DNA of 64,000 nt from Octopus vulgaris (lineage: Eukaryota), in assembly GCA_951406725.2 (NCBI GenBank), contig OX597824.1:58094001-58158000 (forward strand). Direction: 5' to 3'. The number at the start of each line of letters is the position of its first letter. The stretch's first letter is position 1. The notes beneath the pieces are model-generated. The model saw nothing but the letters and a program-made list of their open reading frames with translations. It was not told the DNA's origin and searched no databases. Shown here piece by piece: positions 26,361 through 42,407 of this stretch. Position numbers and translations under genes: made by a program.

Positions 26361-28504
26361 ATATATATATACAAGCGACCAACCAATATATACATATTCA
26401 AATTCACAGAAACATACTTATATACATATGTAATATATACATGTAGAAATATATTTTCTATACACACACGCACAAATTGTGTATATTATACATGTGTATT
26501 ATACAGCTGGAAACGTTGTAAATATTGCATTGAAGAGGAAGAAGAGGAAGAAGAAATATTAATCGAAGGATTTTAAGGAACGGAATAAGAATTCGCGGGA
26601 AGTTACGGCTAGGAGTTTCTTCACACGACGGATAATGTTATGCATTTATACATAAATATAATCATACATAGACACATACATACGTACATAAATTGATACT
26701 TACATAAATACACACACACACACACTCACACATATATATATATACATATACACACGAAACATACCTTCGCTATTCTACCTACAACTAAATTACGTACGGT
26801 ATGATGGTGTATCACTTATAATTTATATTTGTATTCTCTCTCTTTCACATTACAATATATATATACATATATATGTGTGTGTGTGTGCGTGTGTGTGCTG
26901 TGTGTGTGCGTGTATGTAAACACTCGTATGTACATGTCTTACAATTATTATGAATGCTTATTTCACTGCTAACTAGAATTATAATTTTGTGTGTGTGAGT
27001 GTGTGTACCTCTCTCTCTCTCTGCCTCTCCCTTTATATATGGAGGAGAAAGTGAGAGAGGATTAAGAGAGAGAAAGAGAGACAGAGAGAAAGAAAGAGAG
27101 AGAACGAGAGAGAGAGAGAGAGTGGGTAGATATCGGGGGGTTACAATTCTAATTTGATAGACATAAAACATGGCCGAATGGTGTTGTTATTATAACTGAT
27201 ACCTTTGTCCAGACCACTACAATAACAACGACGACGACGACGGTTGTACAAGGTGGGACGCTAGAGTTCTCTCCATATTTATAGATAGAAGACACAATTT
27301 ACACAAGAACAATCGTCATTTGTAAAAAGAAGGTAAACATCAATATTTCAAAAAATTGTATATAACTAAATATATACATATACATACGTACTCACCTATA
27401 TACATACATGGATAGTGACTATATAGTGGCTATTTTTCAAGAAATATTTATTAAAAAGTACACATATTTATTGTATATTGCCTAATATATTTAGTTTACA
27501 CAAGTTACATACAAATAAATACTAAAGTATATATAGTTTAGTATATATACTATATATACACACATACCAATACATAATACACACAGACATATACACATCC
27601 TCACATACTCACAGACACAAATATATATGTTTAATTTGGATATCCTTCAACGCGATATCAAAGGAATTTACCATCTATACTGTTTATGACATGTAATATC
27701 GAAGTTCATACAACTTAATTTTATGACAAGGAACTACCTGTGAAGACGTACACAATAAATATCAAACGATATACATTGAAAACAAGGAATATATACGATA
27801 TACAGATATATAATATACGCACCTAATTTCGAGGCAAATATTTAAACCGGCATGTTGAAATTTAACAGTATTTAATTCATATAAATGTATAGTTATATTT
27901 ATTTATACACGATTGATATTAATAATAGCGATGTATGTAAGAATGTATGTATGAATGTATGTATAAAGTAGATGTTAACATACGAGCTTTGTATATTGTT
28001 ATGGTTTATAGATATCTATGAAGGTTAAACATACATGTTTCCACACCATGAAAAGAAGCATAACGTAAACATTATTTTATACACACATACACATACACAA
28101 TACTCAAACAGATAAAAACTCATATATTACACATATACATATATACATATTTATATACATGTTAAGATAAGCATATATGTGATAATTTTAATTGGATTTA
28201 CAGCCAGCGATACTCTGTTAATTTTTGTGTGTGCGAGTATATATATATATATATACCTTCCAATATATATATATATATATATATCACCTCGGCCATTGTT
28301 TCCAGAAACAACAAGAATAATTTACAGGAATGAATCTGGAAAATTTAGGACTGAACAACAACTGAAACACCAAGACAATAATTTTATCATAATTAATAAT
28401 AAAATACACCAAATAAAAAAAGCACATAAAAAGGATCAAAAATAAGAAAAATGCAATTGTGATAAATTGAAAATATGTCAAATAATAATAATAATAATAA
28501 TATT

Positions 28505-28544
<40 letters not shown>

Positions 28545-28940
28545 TTGATAATATCATGACTACACGAATGATTATACCAGCATGAATTAAAATATATACC
28601 ACCTGTATATATATATAGATATAGGTATATCTATATCTATATATATATTTATGAGTGTATATATATTAAGATATTAGATATAAATTATACATGCACATAC
28701 TTTCATACATACGCACACACATAATATATATATATATGTATGTATAAATACATATATATACCCTCCTATAAACAAAACATTTAAACTGAAAATTCATGAT
28801 GTTGGCATCAATACAACCAGCGGAACGGCTATCATGTAAGTATATATATATATATATATATGTGTATATATGTTTGCATCCTTTATTTGTTTTTAACTGT
28901 GTACATTTATCGATATACTGCTCTCTGTCTCGCTCATGTG

Positions 28941-29011
<71 letters not shown>

Positions 29012-29200
29012 ACAAACACATACACACATATTTACCTGGGTATATATAGTTGTTTTCGTTTCACTCTCTGTGCATGTATATAAATATGAGTGTGCATGTG
29101 ATAAATAACATTATTGTTCACATTTATAGTTATACATACACACACACAAACGCGTATATATATGTATATATATATATATATATGTATATGTATGATATAT

Positions 29201-29262
<62 letters not shown>

Positions 29263-29621
29263 GTGTGTATGTATGCAGTGCCGGTAACATATAAACATCG
29301 ATAAAAGCATACAGATTATATTTTAAACTACCTTTTATCACAACATACACCCTCCTACAACTGGAAAATTGTCGGAGATGCGTGAGGTTACAACAAAATG
29401 TATGACCGTGTGTGAGCATAACCACGCTCACACACGAACTACCCCGGTAGATAAACACGGTAAAAACATCATGCTTAAACATCTCGATACCATTACTAGA
29501 AATATAAATAATAATCTATGCACTATAACGCATAAAAATGCTATTTGTGTGTTTTATATATACGTGCAGACACGCACATACGTATACATGTATGTAAATA
29601 TATATGTTTATATCAACGTTA

Positions 29622-29655
<34 letters not shown>

Positions 29656-29837
29656 ACATACATAAATTCACACAGGCGCACTTAAACTTCATATATATAT
29701 ACATGTGGATATATATACACATGCACTGGCGTAGTCAAAGCGCGTAAGTGCTTTCATTTATGTATGTATATATTTTAAAACGTGTACAAACACACTCTCT
29801 CTCTCTCTCTCACGCACACACACACACATACATATAA

Positions 29838-29901
<64 letters not shown>

Positions 29902-30045
29902 CCCACGGGCTTGTTTCAGTTTCGGTCCACTACAAGATCTGGGTGCGTCCGCAGGTGTAGCAGAAGATGTCGCGCAATGGGACTGAATCCGAAGACACGT
30001 GGTTGGGAAGCGACCTTTTCAGCCTCTTAGCCATTCTTGTATTTG

Positions 30046-30088
<43 letters not shown>

Positions 30089-30734
30089 TATACCTGGTAC
30101 CTTGGGCAGGTGTCTTCTACTATTGTCCCAGCCGACGCAATTTTCGATTTAGTAGACGGAAACTGAAAGAAGCTCGCAGAGAAATACATACATGCATACA
30201 TACGTACATATGTACATACGTAGATACATACATACGCATGCATATATGCGTACATACATGCATACATGCATGTATGTATGCATACATGCATGTATTTTAC
30301 GTGCATGCATGCATACATACATAGTGTGTGCATACATACGTGCATGCATGCATACATACACAAATGTACACATGTTTGTTTGCGCCTACTGTTTTGAAAT
30401 ACATATTTGCATACGTGAAGGAATACAGAAAAATTTGTTGCAAAATTACGTCTATGTTAGCCAAATTCTTTCAATGTTTGTAACGTCTTCGAAGACGAGC
30501 AAGGAGTTGATAAAGAATGCCAGTGATACTAGTGGGGATATAGTCTACTATACATCAAGGCCCAGAATGTTTGTGCCTTTTACGAACAATTTGAAAATCA
30601 TCATTATTATACTTCAAAAGCTGCCGATTTTCATTTTGTCTTTTCATTATTACCGGTTGGAGTACTACGGTAGATGTTATCTACTAAGGTCCTATCCCCA
30701 AAATTTTAGGCCTTGTGCCAATACTATAAAAATT

Positions 30735-30900
30735 ATTATTATTGAGTGAGAGAGCAGTGCATGCCATCAAAGTGACACTAGGGTAAAATATACGAAGCCC
30801 AGTATACCCATCATAACTACCCGTCTGATAAGGGTACACTAGGCACATGCATCTCAACCATATGTGCGCGACATGGTGATCTCATATCAAGATAAACAAT
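30735..30900 (-). mobile_element. Probable 3' end of a non-LTR element associated with (TAA)n
   Basis: Complex 160 bp island flanked on both sides by ATT repeats; family assignment not demonstrable from this window. Confidence 0.4.
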
Positions 30901-30901
30901 A

Positions 30902-30951
<50 letters not shown>

Positions 30952-30963
30952 CATTATTATTAA

Positions 30964-31020
<57 letters not shown>

Positions 31021-31025
31021 CATTA

Positions 31026-31082
<57 letters not shown>

Positions 31083-31101
31083 GTTATTATTATTATTATC
31101 A

Positions 31102-31158
<57 letters not shown>

Positions 31159-32915
31159 TAATATAAATATTAATATCAAGAAACATTTATTCTTTCATAT
31201 CTGAGACAATATATAACTGGATGCAATTTCACTATGCAGCTCTTCGGACAAATGTTTTATGTCGTCTTGTGTTCGTGAATAACTTGTGGGTGGAATTTAG
31301 AAGGGGACACACACACACACACGCACACAAACATGCGCTCACATTTGTACTCACATATATGCGCGCGCTCACACGCTCACACAAAAATGCACAAATATGC
31401 ACTCACATTCATACACACATACATACACAGACACGCACACGCACACTCAGTGAAGAAACGGGTAGCAGATAAATTTTTTGCAGGAGACGTGAAAGTACCC
31501 TGCCAAATGCTGTGCTAACCAACCATTGATAGTTGGGGCAATTAAAAATATTTGGTCCCTTTGCACTAAGAGTTTTAATCATTTTTACCGGGTCTGGAGG
31601 GAGATGTTTTTCTATTGACTAGAGAACGGATAAGAGGATCACAAAACTGAAATATGTACCGCTAGTAATGCCGCCCACTTTCTAACAGTTGCGCCATTCC
31701 TGTGTCTGTACAGGTACACACATACTGTCACGCGCACACACACATACACACACGCATGCACGCCCGTATGCACATACACATACATAAAACGCACACACAT
31801 ACACACACACATGAATACCCGAATTTTGTTTTGTATATATATTATCATGCATAAATTTTAAAGTGTGATCATATGTGAGTTTCCTTGCGTGTATATATAA
31901 GCGTGTCTTTGTAACCCTGCAATATGGCACAAGACTTAATTCTAAATTTAACAGATTAGATATATTTTTATTAAAACTTCGTTTGTACATCTGTCAACTA
32001 TATGGTCATTTCTGGAGATTTTATGAACTAGGATACGAGAAAACAGTCTCCAAGGTGAAATGATAACAACAATAACAATAATCACAAAAGACAAAAAGAG
32101 AGAACACCACAACAGCACCACCACCACCACCACCACAACAACAACAACAAGAACAAAAGCAACAAAAACAACAACACAACAACAGCAACAACAACAACAA
32201 CAACAACAACAACAAAAATAACAACAACCGGCCCTAAAAAACATAGAAGTTTGAAAAGTAACGTAACATAAAGATATGAATAATAGTTTGTTGAGAATCA
32301 ATTTCAGTTAATATTTCCATGTATGGATGTATGTATGTAAGTTAATGTATGCAAGTAAATATGTGTCTCTATGTATATATGTATCTATGTTTGTCTTAGA
32401 GTTTTATTAAAGTTCTTAAGAGAATTCAAGCCGGTCGCTAACAAAAGGACCAGTTAAGAGAGATCCTGGTGTTTGTTAATATGTGGTTGAGTTGGTGTGT
32501 TGGTTGAACTGTCGAATATCAGATGGAAAATCTTTGGAATGTCTAACAAATGATCATTGTACTGCTAATAGATTGGATCTGGAGAATTTACGTCAATTTC
32601 TTATGCTCTTTCTTCGAGAAAAAAAAAAGTATTTCTAGCATTTTGCGTACATCTATTGGTACATAGCAGAATGCACCTATGATGATAGATACAAAATAAA
32701 ATTTACAGCCTATAGGTTCCGCATTTGTATGTATGTATGTATGTATGTATGTATGTATGCATGAATGTCTTTATGTATGGATAGATGGATACTACATGTA
32801 TAGGCACACACTAAATGTTTGGTACCCACACACAAATATAAGTGCAAATAACGATATTAATATATATATATATGTATGTATGTATGTGCACATATAAATA
32901 TATATATGTATATGC

Positions 32916-32968
<53 letters not shown>

Positions 32969-33086
32969 TATGTATGTATATATACATATGTATGTATGTG
33001 TGTATGCATGTATGTATGTATGTATGTATGTATGTATGTATATATATATACATATATATATATGTATATATATATGTATATATATA

Positions 33087-33154
<68 letters not shown>

Positions 33155-33298
33155 CACAAATATGGGTGTTTGGAATTCTGCTGACAAATATACACTTGTA
33201 CACACTCTATATAAAATATACAATACATATTTCACGATACTAATGCTTAAAAGTATGGCATATTAAATTATATAATTACGTATATATAAATATACAAT

Positions 33299-33330
<32 letters not shown>

Positions 33331-33416
33331 AACACGCACACACACATATATATATATATATACAATATATATATATATATACATATATACATATACATAC
33401 ATCTCTCTCTCTCTCT

Positions 33417-33458
<42 letters not shown>

Positions 33459-33681
33459 TATATATTGAATATATATATAAATATTCTGTTATATATATAA
33501 ATATTATATTAGATATATGATATAAAAAATTATAATATATGATATATATATGTCATATATATATATGATATATATATATTATATATATATATATATATAT
33601 GAAATATGATATATATCTACTATATATACAATATTTATATATGAGATATAATTAAATATATATATATTTATATAATATATA

Positions 33682-33789
33682 CAGGGTAATTCAAAAGTCG
33701 CCATACATAAGAACACTATTTTTTTTTTAATAAGAAAAAGTTTTTTTATTTAACTGCTTCTCATGTATGGTGACATTTGAATCACCCTG
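33682..33789. mobile_element. Tc1/mariner-type MITE, 108 bp
   Basis: TIRs CAGGGTAATTCAAAAGTCGCCATACAT / ATGTATGGTGACATTTGAATCACCCTG, with TA on both sides. Confidence 0.85.
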
Positions 33790-33859
33790 TATATATAATT
33801 ATGTATTTAATTACATATATAACTATATATTTAATTATATATATACACGCATCCATATA

Positions 33860-33908
<49 letters not shown>

Positions 33909-33971
33909 GTATATATATACACACACATAACAAATGTATAAATGTGTGTATAATGCTATATGTTTTTACGT

Positions 33972-34037
<66 letters not shown>

Positions 34038-34526
34038 GAAGATAGATAGATATGATATATATATAGATAGACATACAAATTTATGTGTGCGAGTGTGTAT
34101 GTATTTTTGTGTACGTATATATATATATATATATATACATACGCAAGCATGTAAAGATTATATACATGCGTATATACGTGTGTACGCATGTATGTACATG
34201 TGTACGTATGTATAGGACCTGGCAATATAGCATACCACATAGATTAGCATATATTTAGGCTAAGACAGGTATCTGCGAAAGGGCTGTGACAGGATCTAGA
34301 CATTAAATAGGTACAGCTTAGGAATACCAGCAGTCCACTACTAATACGACATACAGGGAAATATGTACAGGCTTCACCGCAATATCACTACATACAGAAG
34401 GAAATACGTATCTATACACACACAGACACACACACACACACACAGACACATACACACACACGCACATATATATGTATGTATGTATACACGCATATATATA
34501 TATCTGTATATATACATATATGCATA

Positions 34527-34574
<48 letters not shown>

Positions 34575-35216
34575 TATACATATATATATATATGTATATA
34601 TATATACATATATATATATGTATATATATATATATATGAATATATATATATATACGTATATACATATATACATATATATATATACACATACATATATATA
34701 TATACATATATATGTATACGTACATATATATATATATATACATATATATAAACATATATATATATATACACATATATACATATATATATGTATATATATA
34801 TATATGCATATATATACATATATATATATACACACATATGTAAATATATATACAAACATATATATGTGTGTGTACGTGGGTATGTATATATACACATACA
34901 TAAATATATACACACATATATCCATATATATAGGTATACCAATATATACATACACATACTTATTTACTTGTATGCAAATATTTATATTTATATACATATA
35001 TACATATGTATATATGTATGTAGATATAAATATGTATAAACATACATGTACGTATATGTTGATATACAGGTATATATTGACATATATATGTGTACATTTA
35101 TATACATTCATATATATATTTTAGATGTACATATACCTAAGTACATATAAACATATATATATATACACGCACACATACAGGCATAACTTGTGATACAAAA
35201 CGGTATATGTATATAT

Positions 35217-36410
35217 ATTTTATCTTTTGCCATCTACCGGTTTATGCCTAATTCTGGGACCATGCCTTCAGTGCGTTTGGGTTTACGTTTTGTACTGCTA
35301 TTGGTAAAGTTGCGATTTAGACGGTGCCACCTTTGTTTGTCCGTACTGCTGCGATGTGGGTTCATCTGGTATTTCATAAAGAAATTTGTCGAGGCGCTCT
35401 TTGAAAATCTCCACATCTCAACTTGCCAAATTTCTGAGGTAATTTGGCAGAATGCTGAAAACTTGTGGTTCCTTGAAACCCAAGCTGCTACAGTACTTGA
35501 TTCTTAATCTATATGGCGATGACGAGATTTTTTGTATTATGTAGTTCCGTGCAGTTCAAAGGTTGATAAGGCTTTCAATTTCAAAGTTGAGAACTAGATA
35601 GTCCAGGATATTTCATATGATTATAACTGCGTATCTCTCACGTGTTCTTTCTTGGGAGTATAGCTTCAGTTCCTTTAGCCTCTTCCAGAAGCTCATCTGT
35701 CTCATTCAGTCAACCTTCCTTCCGTATTAGCACTGGATTATCTGAAGTTCTATTCACCGGTTTGACACTCTGCGGCTGGAACAGCAATCCAGACGACTGA
35801 GAACGAACGTTCACCATAGGAACTGTATTCTTTTTTCTGTTTCTTAGTGATTTCAGAGTCATTACTCAAGTGGAATCCCAGGTAATACACCGACTCTGAC
35901 TCTGAGATTACACTACTCCTTCGTGCTGTGTATTCCGACTGTGGTCTGTTTGTGGACCGACAGTGAAGTGCTTAATAACTTCTCAGCATTGAACTGCATG
36001 TTATATTCATCACCCCATTTGTATATTACATGCAGGTCGCTTTGTAGCTTTGATATGTAATCAAGATCCTTCATCACCCAGGATAATTTCGCATCATCAG
36101 CATAGTTGATGAGAATGGCTGCCTGTAATCCTGAGGATATGTGCGGGAGTGACGCCACGAAGAAATGTAGTCCTACTACAGTTCCTTAAAGAGAGTTTCC
36201 ACAGAGAAAGAACCATTGGCTGTAATTGTCCGAATTCTGTCTTTTAAAATGTCATGCAGCTACTTTTCCAGTTTTCCAGCGATGCTAAGGTCACACGGTT
36301 TGTGATATATCATCACTTGACGAGCTTTATTTAAGGCCTTGAGAAAGTCGAGATATACAACATCCATATTTGAGTGGCTGAGTGCTCATTCAGTACTCAG
36401 TCGTCATGAT
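35217..36410 (-). pseudogene. CR1-like LINE 3' part (RT with YADD), decayed
   Basis: MDVVYLDFLKA, INYADDAKL..LQSDL..W..NMQFNAEK, YSQERTRERY and IPDEPTS motifs across frames; 3' tail ending AAAAGATAAAA. Confidence 0.88.
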
Positions 36411-36577
36411 GTAATGCAGTTTACGTATACACATACATATTTTATATATGTAAGCGCATGTATAAATATACATGTATGTGTAAATTAGTAAATATAAAGA
36501 TAAAATTATATTTGTGCATATAAAAACATAAACGGATATGCATATGTATATATATGTACATATGTATATATATACAT

Positions 36578-36722
36578 AGGCGCAGGCGTGGCTGTCTGGT
36601 AAGAAGCTTGCTTCCCAACCATATGGTGCCGGGTTCAGACCCACTGTGTTAAACTTTGGGTAAGTGTCATCTACTATAGCCTTGTGAGTGGATTTGGTAG
36701 ACGGAAACTGAAAGAAGTCCGT

Positions 36723-36753
<31 letters not shown>

Positions 36754-36815
36754 TTATGTCTGTGTGTGTGTCTCTGTGCCTGTGTTTGTCTACTCACCAT
36801 CGCTCGACAACCGAT
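36578..36815 (+). mobile_element. SINE family A 5' part
   Basis: Head and left body; a separate minus-strand tail fragment lies at 36978-37110. Confidence 0.8.
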
Positions 36816-37169
36816 GTATATATATATCCTATATATACATATATACATATCCATATGTATGTATATATATATATATCCATATATATATAAATCCATATAT
36901 ATATATATATGCATATAACCATATGCATATATGTATATATATATATACATATATGTGCATATATACACATATTCATTATTCTTGTATTCTTTTACTTGTT
37001 TCAGTCATTTGACTGCGGCCATGCCGGAGCACCGCCTTTAGTCGAACAAATCGACCCAAGGACTTATTCTTTGTAAGCCTAGTACTTATTATTTCTGTAT
37101 CTTTTTCCCGAATTTTATACCGGTTGTATGTATATATGCACATGTGAACAAACGCTTGACTATGTGTAC

Positions 37170-37228
<59 letters not shown>

Positions 37229-37901
37229 CGTGCGTGTGTGTGTGTGTGAGACGTAGATGCCATACGCCGTCCCTAATATATTTTGTACAGTGGTCATTTA
37301 TAAACACTGTAATATATCCACATTGGATCTATTCACACATACACGACGTACATACGTCTGAGTGTATGTTAGTAGTTGCACACACGCACATTAGAATGCG
37401 GGTGGACAAATAAAGCATTAATTAAGATGTAAACAAATTAAATGAAATCTAATCAGAATTCAGTTTAATTAAAATGTTTGACATATGTATCAGACGCACA
37501 CACACACCTACACACAGGTAAAAGAACATTTAAACAACCAAACACTAACAAAGATCCACACAGAGATTTGTACGAATATGGAAACAATGTTTCGTACACA
37601 AATGTGCAGAAATGTGCATACATACAACCTAAAGAAATCTCATTCCCTCTCCCTCTCTCTCTCCCCTCTCTGTCTGTATTTGTGCGCACAGACACAGACA
37701 CACACACACTCATTCAACAGGACTTAATGTATTCCACTCAATGAAACGCCCACACACGGTGGTTGCAGAAATATATTCACCTATATATATAATGGTCATA
37801 AAGAATGATCATGTATAATGGTGTATAAATATAAACTCAGGAACTTGAAGCTCGTGTACGGTGTAGAAACACATATTGTTACCTTACTATTAAAATCTAT
37901 A

Positions 37902-37986
<85 letters not shown>

Positions 37987-38179
37987 CTCTATATATATAT
38001 AACCAAAATAAGCAACAAGGATATCCACAGGTAACATATATATATATATATGCTTATACATACACCTATATATATGATATATGCTTACATAGAGATGTAT
38101 ATATATATGCATACGCTTATATATATATATAAGACAAAAGGGTGCGTGCGCTGCTATACATATATATATATATATATAT

Positions 38180-38346
38180 GTAAAAAATACAAACTGGGAC
38201 AAGAACGCAAAACATTTAGAAGACGAAACAAAAAACACGGACGGGACATTCGAAGCCTTCAATCTTCAGTCAAGAATGTCCCGTCCGTGATTTTTGTATC
38301 GTCTTCTAAATGTTTTTGCGTTCTTGTCCCAGTTTGTATTTTTTAC
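38180..38346. repeat. Foldback inverted repeat (~72 bp arms, 22 nt spacer)
   Basis: 38180-38251 pairs with 38274-38346; homologous single copy at 47040-47138. Confidence 0.9.
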
Positions 38347-38672
38347 CCCCCCCCCATATATATATGTATATATGATATATGCTTATATATGTATGTATAT
38401 ACATATATATATATATATGATATGTAGTGAGAATTTACAAAAAAATAACAACAAAAGACGAAGACGGGTGTATATTTATATATAAAATAAGCTTATATAT
38501 ATACACACATATATATGATATATGTTTACATATACATATATATATGATATATATGTGCGTATATATATATATATATATATATATAAATGATATGTGTATA
38601 TGATAAATGATATGTGTATATATATATATATATATATATGCTTGTGTGTATTTATATATATATATATATATA

Positions 38673-39054
38673 TTTTTACTTGTTTCAGTCATTTGACTGC
38701 GGCCATGCTGGAGCACCACCTTTAGTCGAGCAAATCGACCCCGGGACTTATTCTTTGTAAGCCCAGTACTTTTTCTATCGGTGTCTTTTGCCGAACCGCT
38801 AAGTGACGGGGACGTAAACACACCAGCATCGGTTGTCAAGCAATGCTAGGGGGACAAACACAGAGACACAAACACATACACATATATATACATATATACG
38901 ACGGGCTTCTTTGAGTTTCCGTCTACCAAATCCACTCACAAGGCATTGGTCGGCCCTGGGCTATAGCAGAAAACACTTGCCCAAGATGCCACGCAGTGGG
39001 ACTGAACCCGGAACCATGTAAGCAAGCTACTTACCACACAGCCACTCCTGCGCC
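38673..39054 (-). mobile_element. SINE family A, young copy
   Basis: Near-identical to 11415-11827. Confidence 0.92.
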
Positions 39055-39167
39055 TATATATATATATAAATATATATTTATATATATATTTATTTATTAT
39101 ACAAATATATATATCTGTATATACACCTATTTATTATATATGCATATATATATTATATATGTTTATA

Positions 39168-39525
39168 TAGGCCGCAGGAGTTGCTGCGTGGTAGCCTGCT
39201 TACCAACCTCACAAACAACCGGTTTCAGTCCCACTGCGTGACATCTTGAGCAAGTGTCCTCTACTGTATCCTCGGGCCTAACAAAGCCTTGTGAAACTGA
39301 AAGAAGCCCGTCGTATGTATGTATGCGTATGTATATATTTGTTTGTCTGTGTTTCTCCACCCGCCATCTCATGTTTACGTTCCCGTAACTAGCAGTTCGA
39401 CAAAAGACACCTATGGAATAAGTACTAGGCTCACAAAAAATAAGTCCTGGGAGGATTTTCTCGACTAAAGGTGGTGCGCCAGCATGGTCGTATTCAAATG
39501 CTTGAAAGAATAAAAAATAAAAGAA
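39168..39525 (+). mobile_element. SINE family A, diverged
   Basis: Head, body and tail motifs; a young minus-strand 5' half follows at 39577-39725. Confidence 0.8.
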
Positions 39526-39848
39526 TATATATATCTAAGATATGCATATATATATAAGTTATACATATACAGGTGCAGTTTCCGTCTACCAAATCCACTC
39601 ACAAGGCATTGGTCGGCCAGGGGCTATAGCAGAAGACACTTGCCCAAGATGGTACGCAGTGGGACTGAACCCGGAACCATGTGGTTGGTTAGCAAGCTAC
39701 TTACCACACAGCCACTCCTGCGCCTATATATATTTGTATATATATTTATATATATATATATATTTATACATTTATATCAACTTAAATATATTTGTCTACA
39801 TATATATATGTATATATATATATATATCTACATAAATATGTATATATA

Positions 39849-39900
<52 letters not shown>

Positions 39901-40267
39901 TATATATATACATATATATATCTGCAGATATATATATATATCTCCATATATATATACGTATAGGTATATTTATATATATATATATACATTTATATATATC
40001 TACATAAGTATCTATATGTATATATATATATATATATATGCATCTCCCAGTTTATTTCTGTGTTCCTTTCGCTCAAAGAGCGTAGGCACGAAACGTAAAT
40101 GACTTTCTCACTTCTCGAGCATTAAACTAATACATCTGTTTGTTGTTAACACGTCCGTCTTTGACTTTTATATTTTTGTAAATTCTCACTATATTTATAT
40201 ATGTACATATATATATCCACTTATATATATACACACTCCCATATATATGTATATATAGGCATGTATA

Positions 40268-40313
<46 letters not shown>

Positions 40314-40401
40314 TATGTATGTATATATGTATATATATATATGGATATATATATGTATATATGTATATATATGCATATATATACATATATACACACACAT
40401 A

Positions 40402-40448
<47 letters not shown>

Positions 40449-40574
40449 CATATATACATCTATATAGAAATTTACACATACATATATGCATACATATCTA
40501 TCATCTATATATGTACATATATGCATTCATATATTTATACATATATATATGCATATATATATACATATATACAC

Positions 40575-40624
<50 letters not shown>

Positions 40625-40655
40625 GTACATATATGTACATATATGTATATATATA

Positions 40656-40849
40656 CGCTCTTGTCGGGGGACCCAGATGAACCTACTTCACGACAGGAGA
40701 CGCAGATGCGGGCAGCGACATCGAACTCCTTTGCTGACCAAGTGCCTCGTATCAGAGGTGGATTCACATACTAGTGTAGCTTATTCAGCGGTGGTGCCCC
40801 AGCATGGCCGCGGCCTTCGGGCTAAAACATTTTAAAGGATTTTAAGGAT
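40656..40849 (+). mobile_element. CR1-like LINE extreme 3' end
   Basis: Encodes [28 protein letters not shown] (compare IPDEPTSQ in 35217-36410), then 3' UTR GGTGCCCCAGCATGGCCGC + hairpin + tandem tail. Confidence 0.75.
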
Positions 40850-41093
40850 ATATGTATATATAAATATATATGCATATATATATGGATGTATATATGTATG
40901 TGTATATTGTATATATGTACTTATATATGTACGTATATATATATATATGCATATATATGTATTTATATATATATCTATGTATTTGTATGTATATACATAT
41001 ATATGTATATCTATGTATATATAAATACATATATATGAATATGTATATCTATGTATATATATATACATATATATGAATAAATATGTGTATATG

Positions 41094-41148
<55 letters not shown>

Positions 41149-41249
41149 TTATATGTGAATATGTATATGTATACATTTATACATATATATGTGAATGTAT
41201 ATATATATACATGTATGTGAATGTATATATATATATATATGTACATACT

Positions 41250-41299
<50 letters not shown>

Positions 41300-41340
41300 T
41301 GTATGTTTGTGTGCTACTGATTTGACTTTCACTTCTTTAG

Positions 41341-41355
41341 TGTCTGTTACAACAG
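41341..41355 (+). CDS. Candidate 15 nt phase 1-1 microexon (xSVTTG)
   Basis: Branch-like ACTGAT, pyrimidine tract ctttcacttctttag, donor CAG|gtctgt. Confidence 0.25.
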
Positions 41356-42258
41356 GTCTGTGTGAATAAGGTTGTAAAGGCGAAACACGAAGTTCCAGTC
41401 ACTTCAATTTGATCAAGACAATCATACATCAACTACATACACAGACAGACACGCACACACATACACACATATGCAGACACATTTAACCATATTGAACTAT
41501 ATATATGTATGTACACACTGAAACATAGACCCAATAATATCATTCTCATACTTATATAGAAATATATATGCTTGTATATACATATATACATATACACATA
41601 TATGTACACACATATATAGATAGATTTAAACATATACTATGTATGCATATATATATATATATACCTAAACTCCCATACACATACGCTGATATTGTCCAGA
41701 ACTAAATATAACTTAAATTTTGCTCACTATGTTATCTTGGTCGGTGCCCAAGAAACTCCTCCCCACTCTATGCAACACGCATGTTTCCCTGGACATAATC
41801 TCTCACACATTGCCTCTCATGTCTAAAACTTCAAAATATCAAGGAATATGTAGTTAATTGTATGCAGCTTCAACTTCTTCATTATTGCTTTTCATATTTA
41901 CCGGGACGGGATTCGAACTTACAGTGTGGATTTAATTCGCTATTGTTCATCGTTCTAACGCATTCGCTATCCAGTTAACATGTGGAAATATGCGCACAAG
42001 GACGTGTTCTGTATATAAAAAAAACAATAGCAAAGTCAGTTGTGTAATAATTAATGTATGTGCCAAGAAATTTAATTATGATTAAACCAGTGAGAGGGAG
42101 AAAAAATTAGTAATATAATGGATCATAGGTTCAAAATGCAATTGCTATCTTAATGACCTCTATAGTAAACAAATGCAGTAAATATGAATAATTGGATGTA
42201 CCCCCCATAAAAATCCTAATCGATTTATTTATCCATATGTACACACAGACACACACAG

Positions 42259-42305
<47 letters not shown>

Positions 42306-42329
42306 TGTATACATGCATATATATATACA

Positions 42330-42407
<78 letters not shown>

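Noticed and set aside
27170-27325. Selenoprotein-like read-through of ATG..TGA ORF
   Set aside because: No SECIS or family similarity visible; more likely a uORF or chance.
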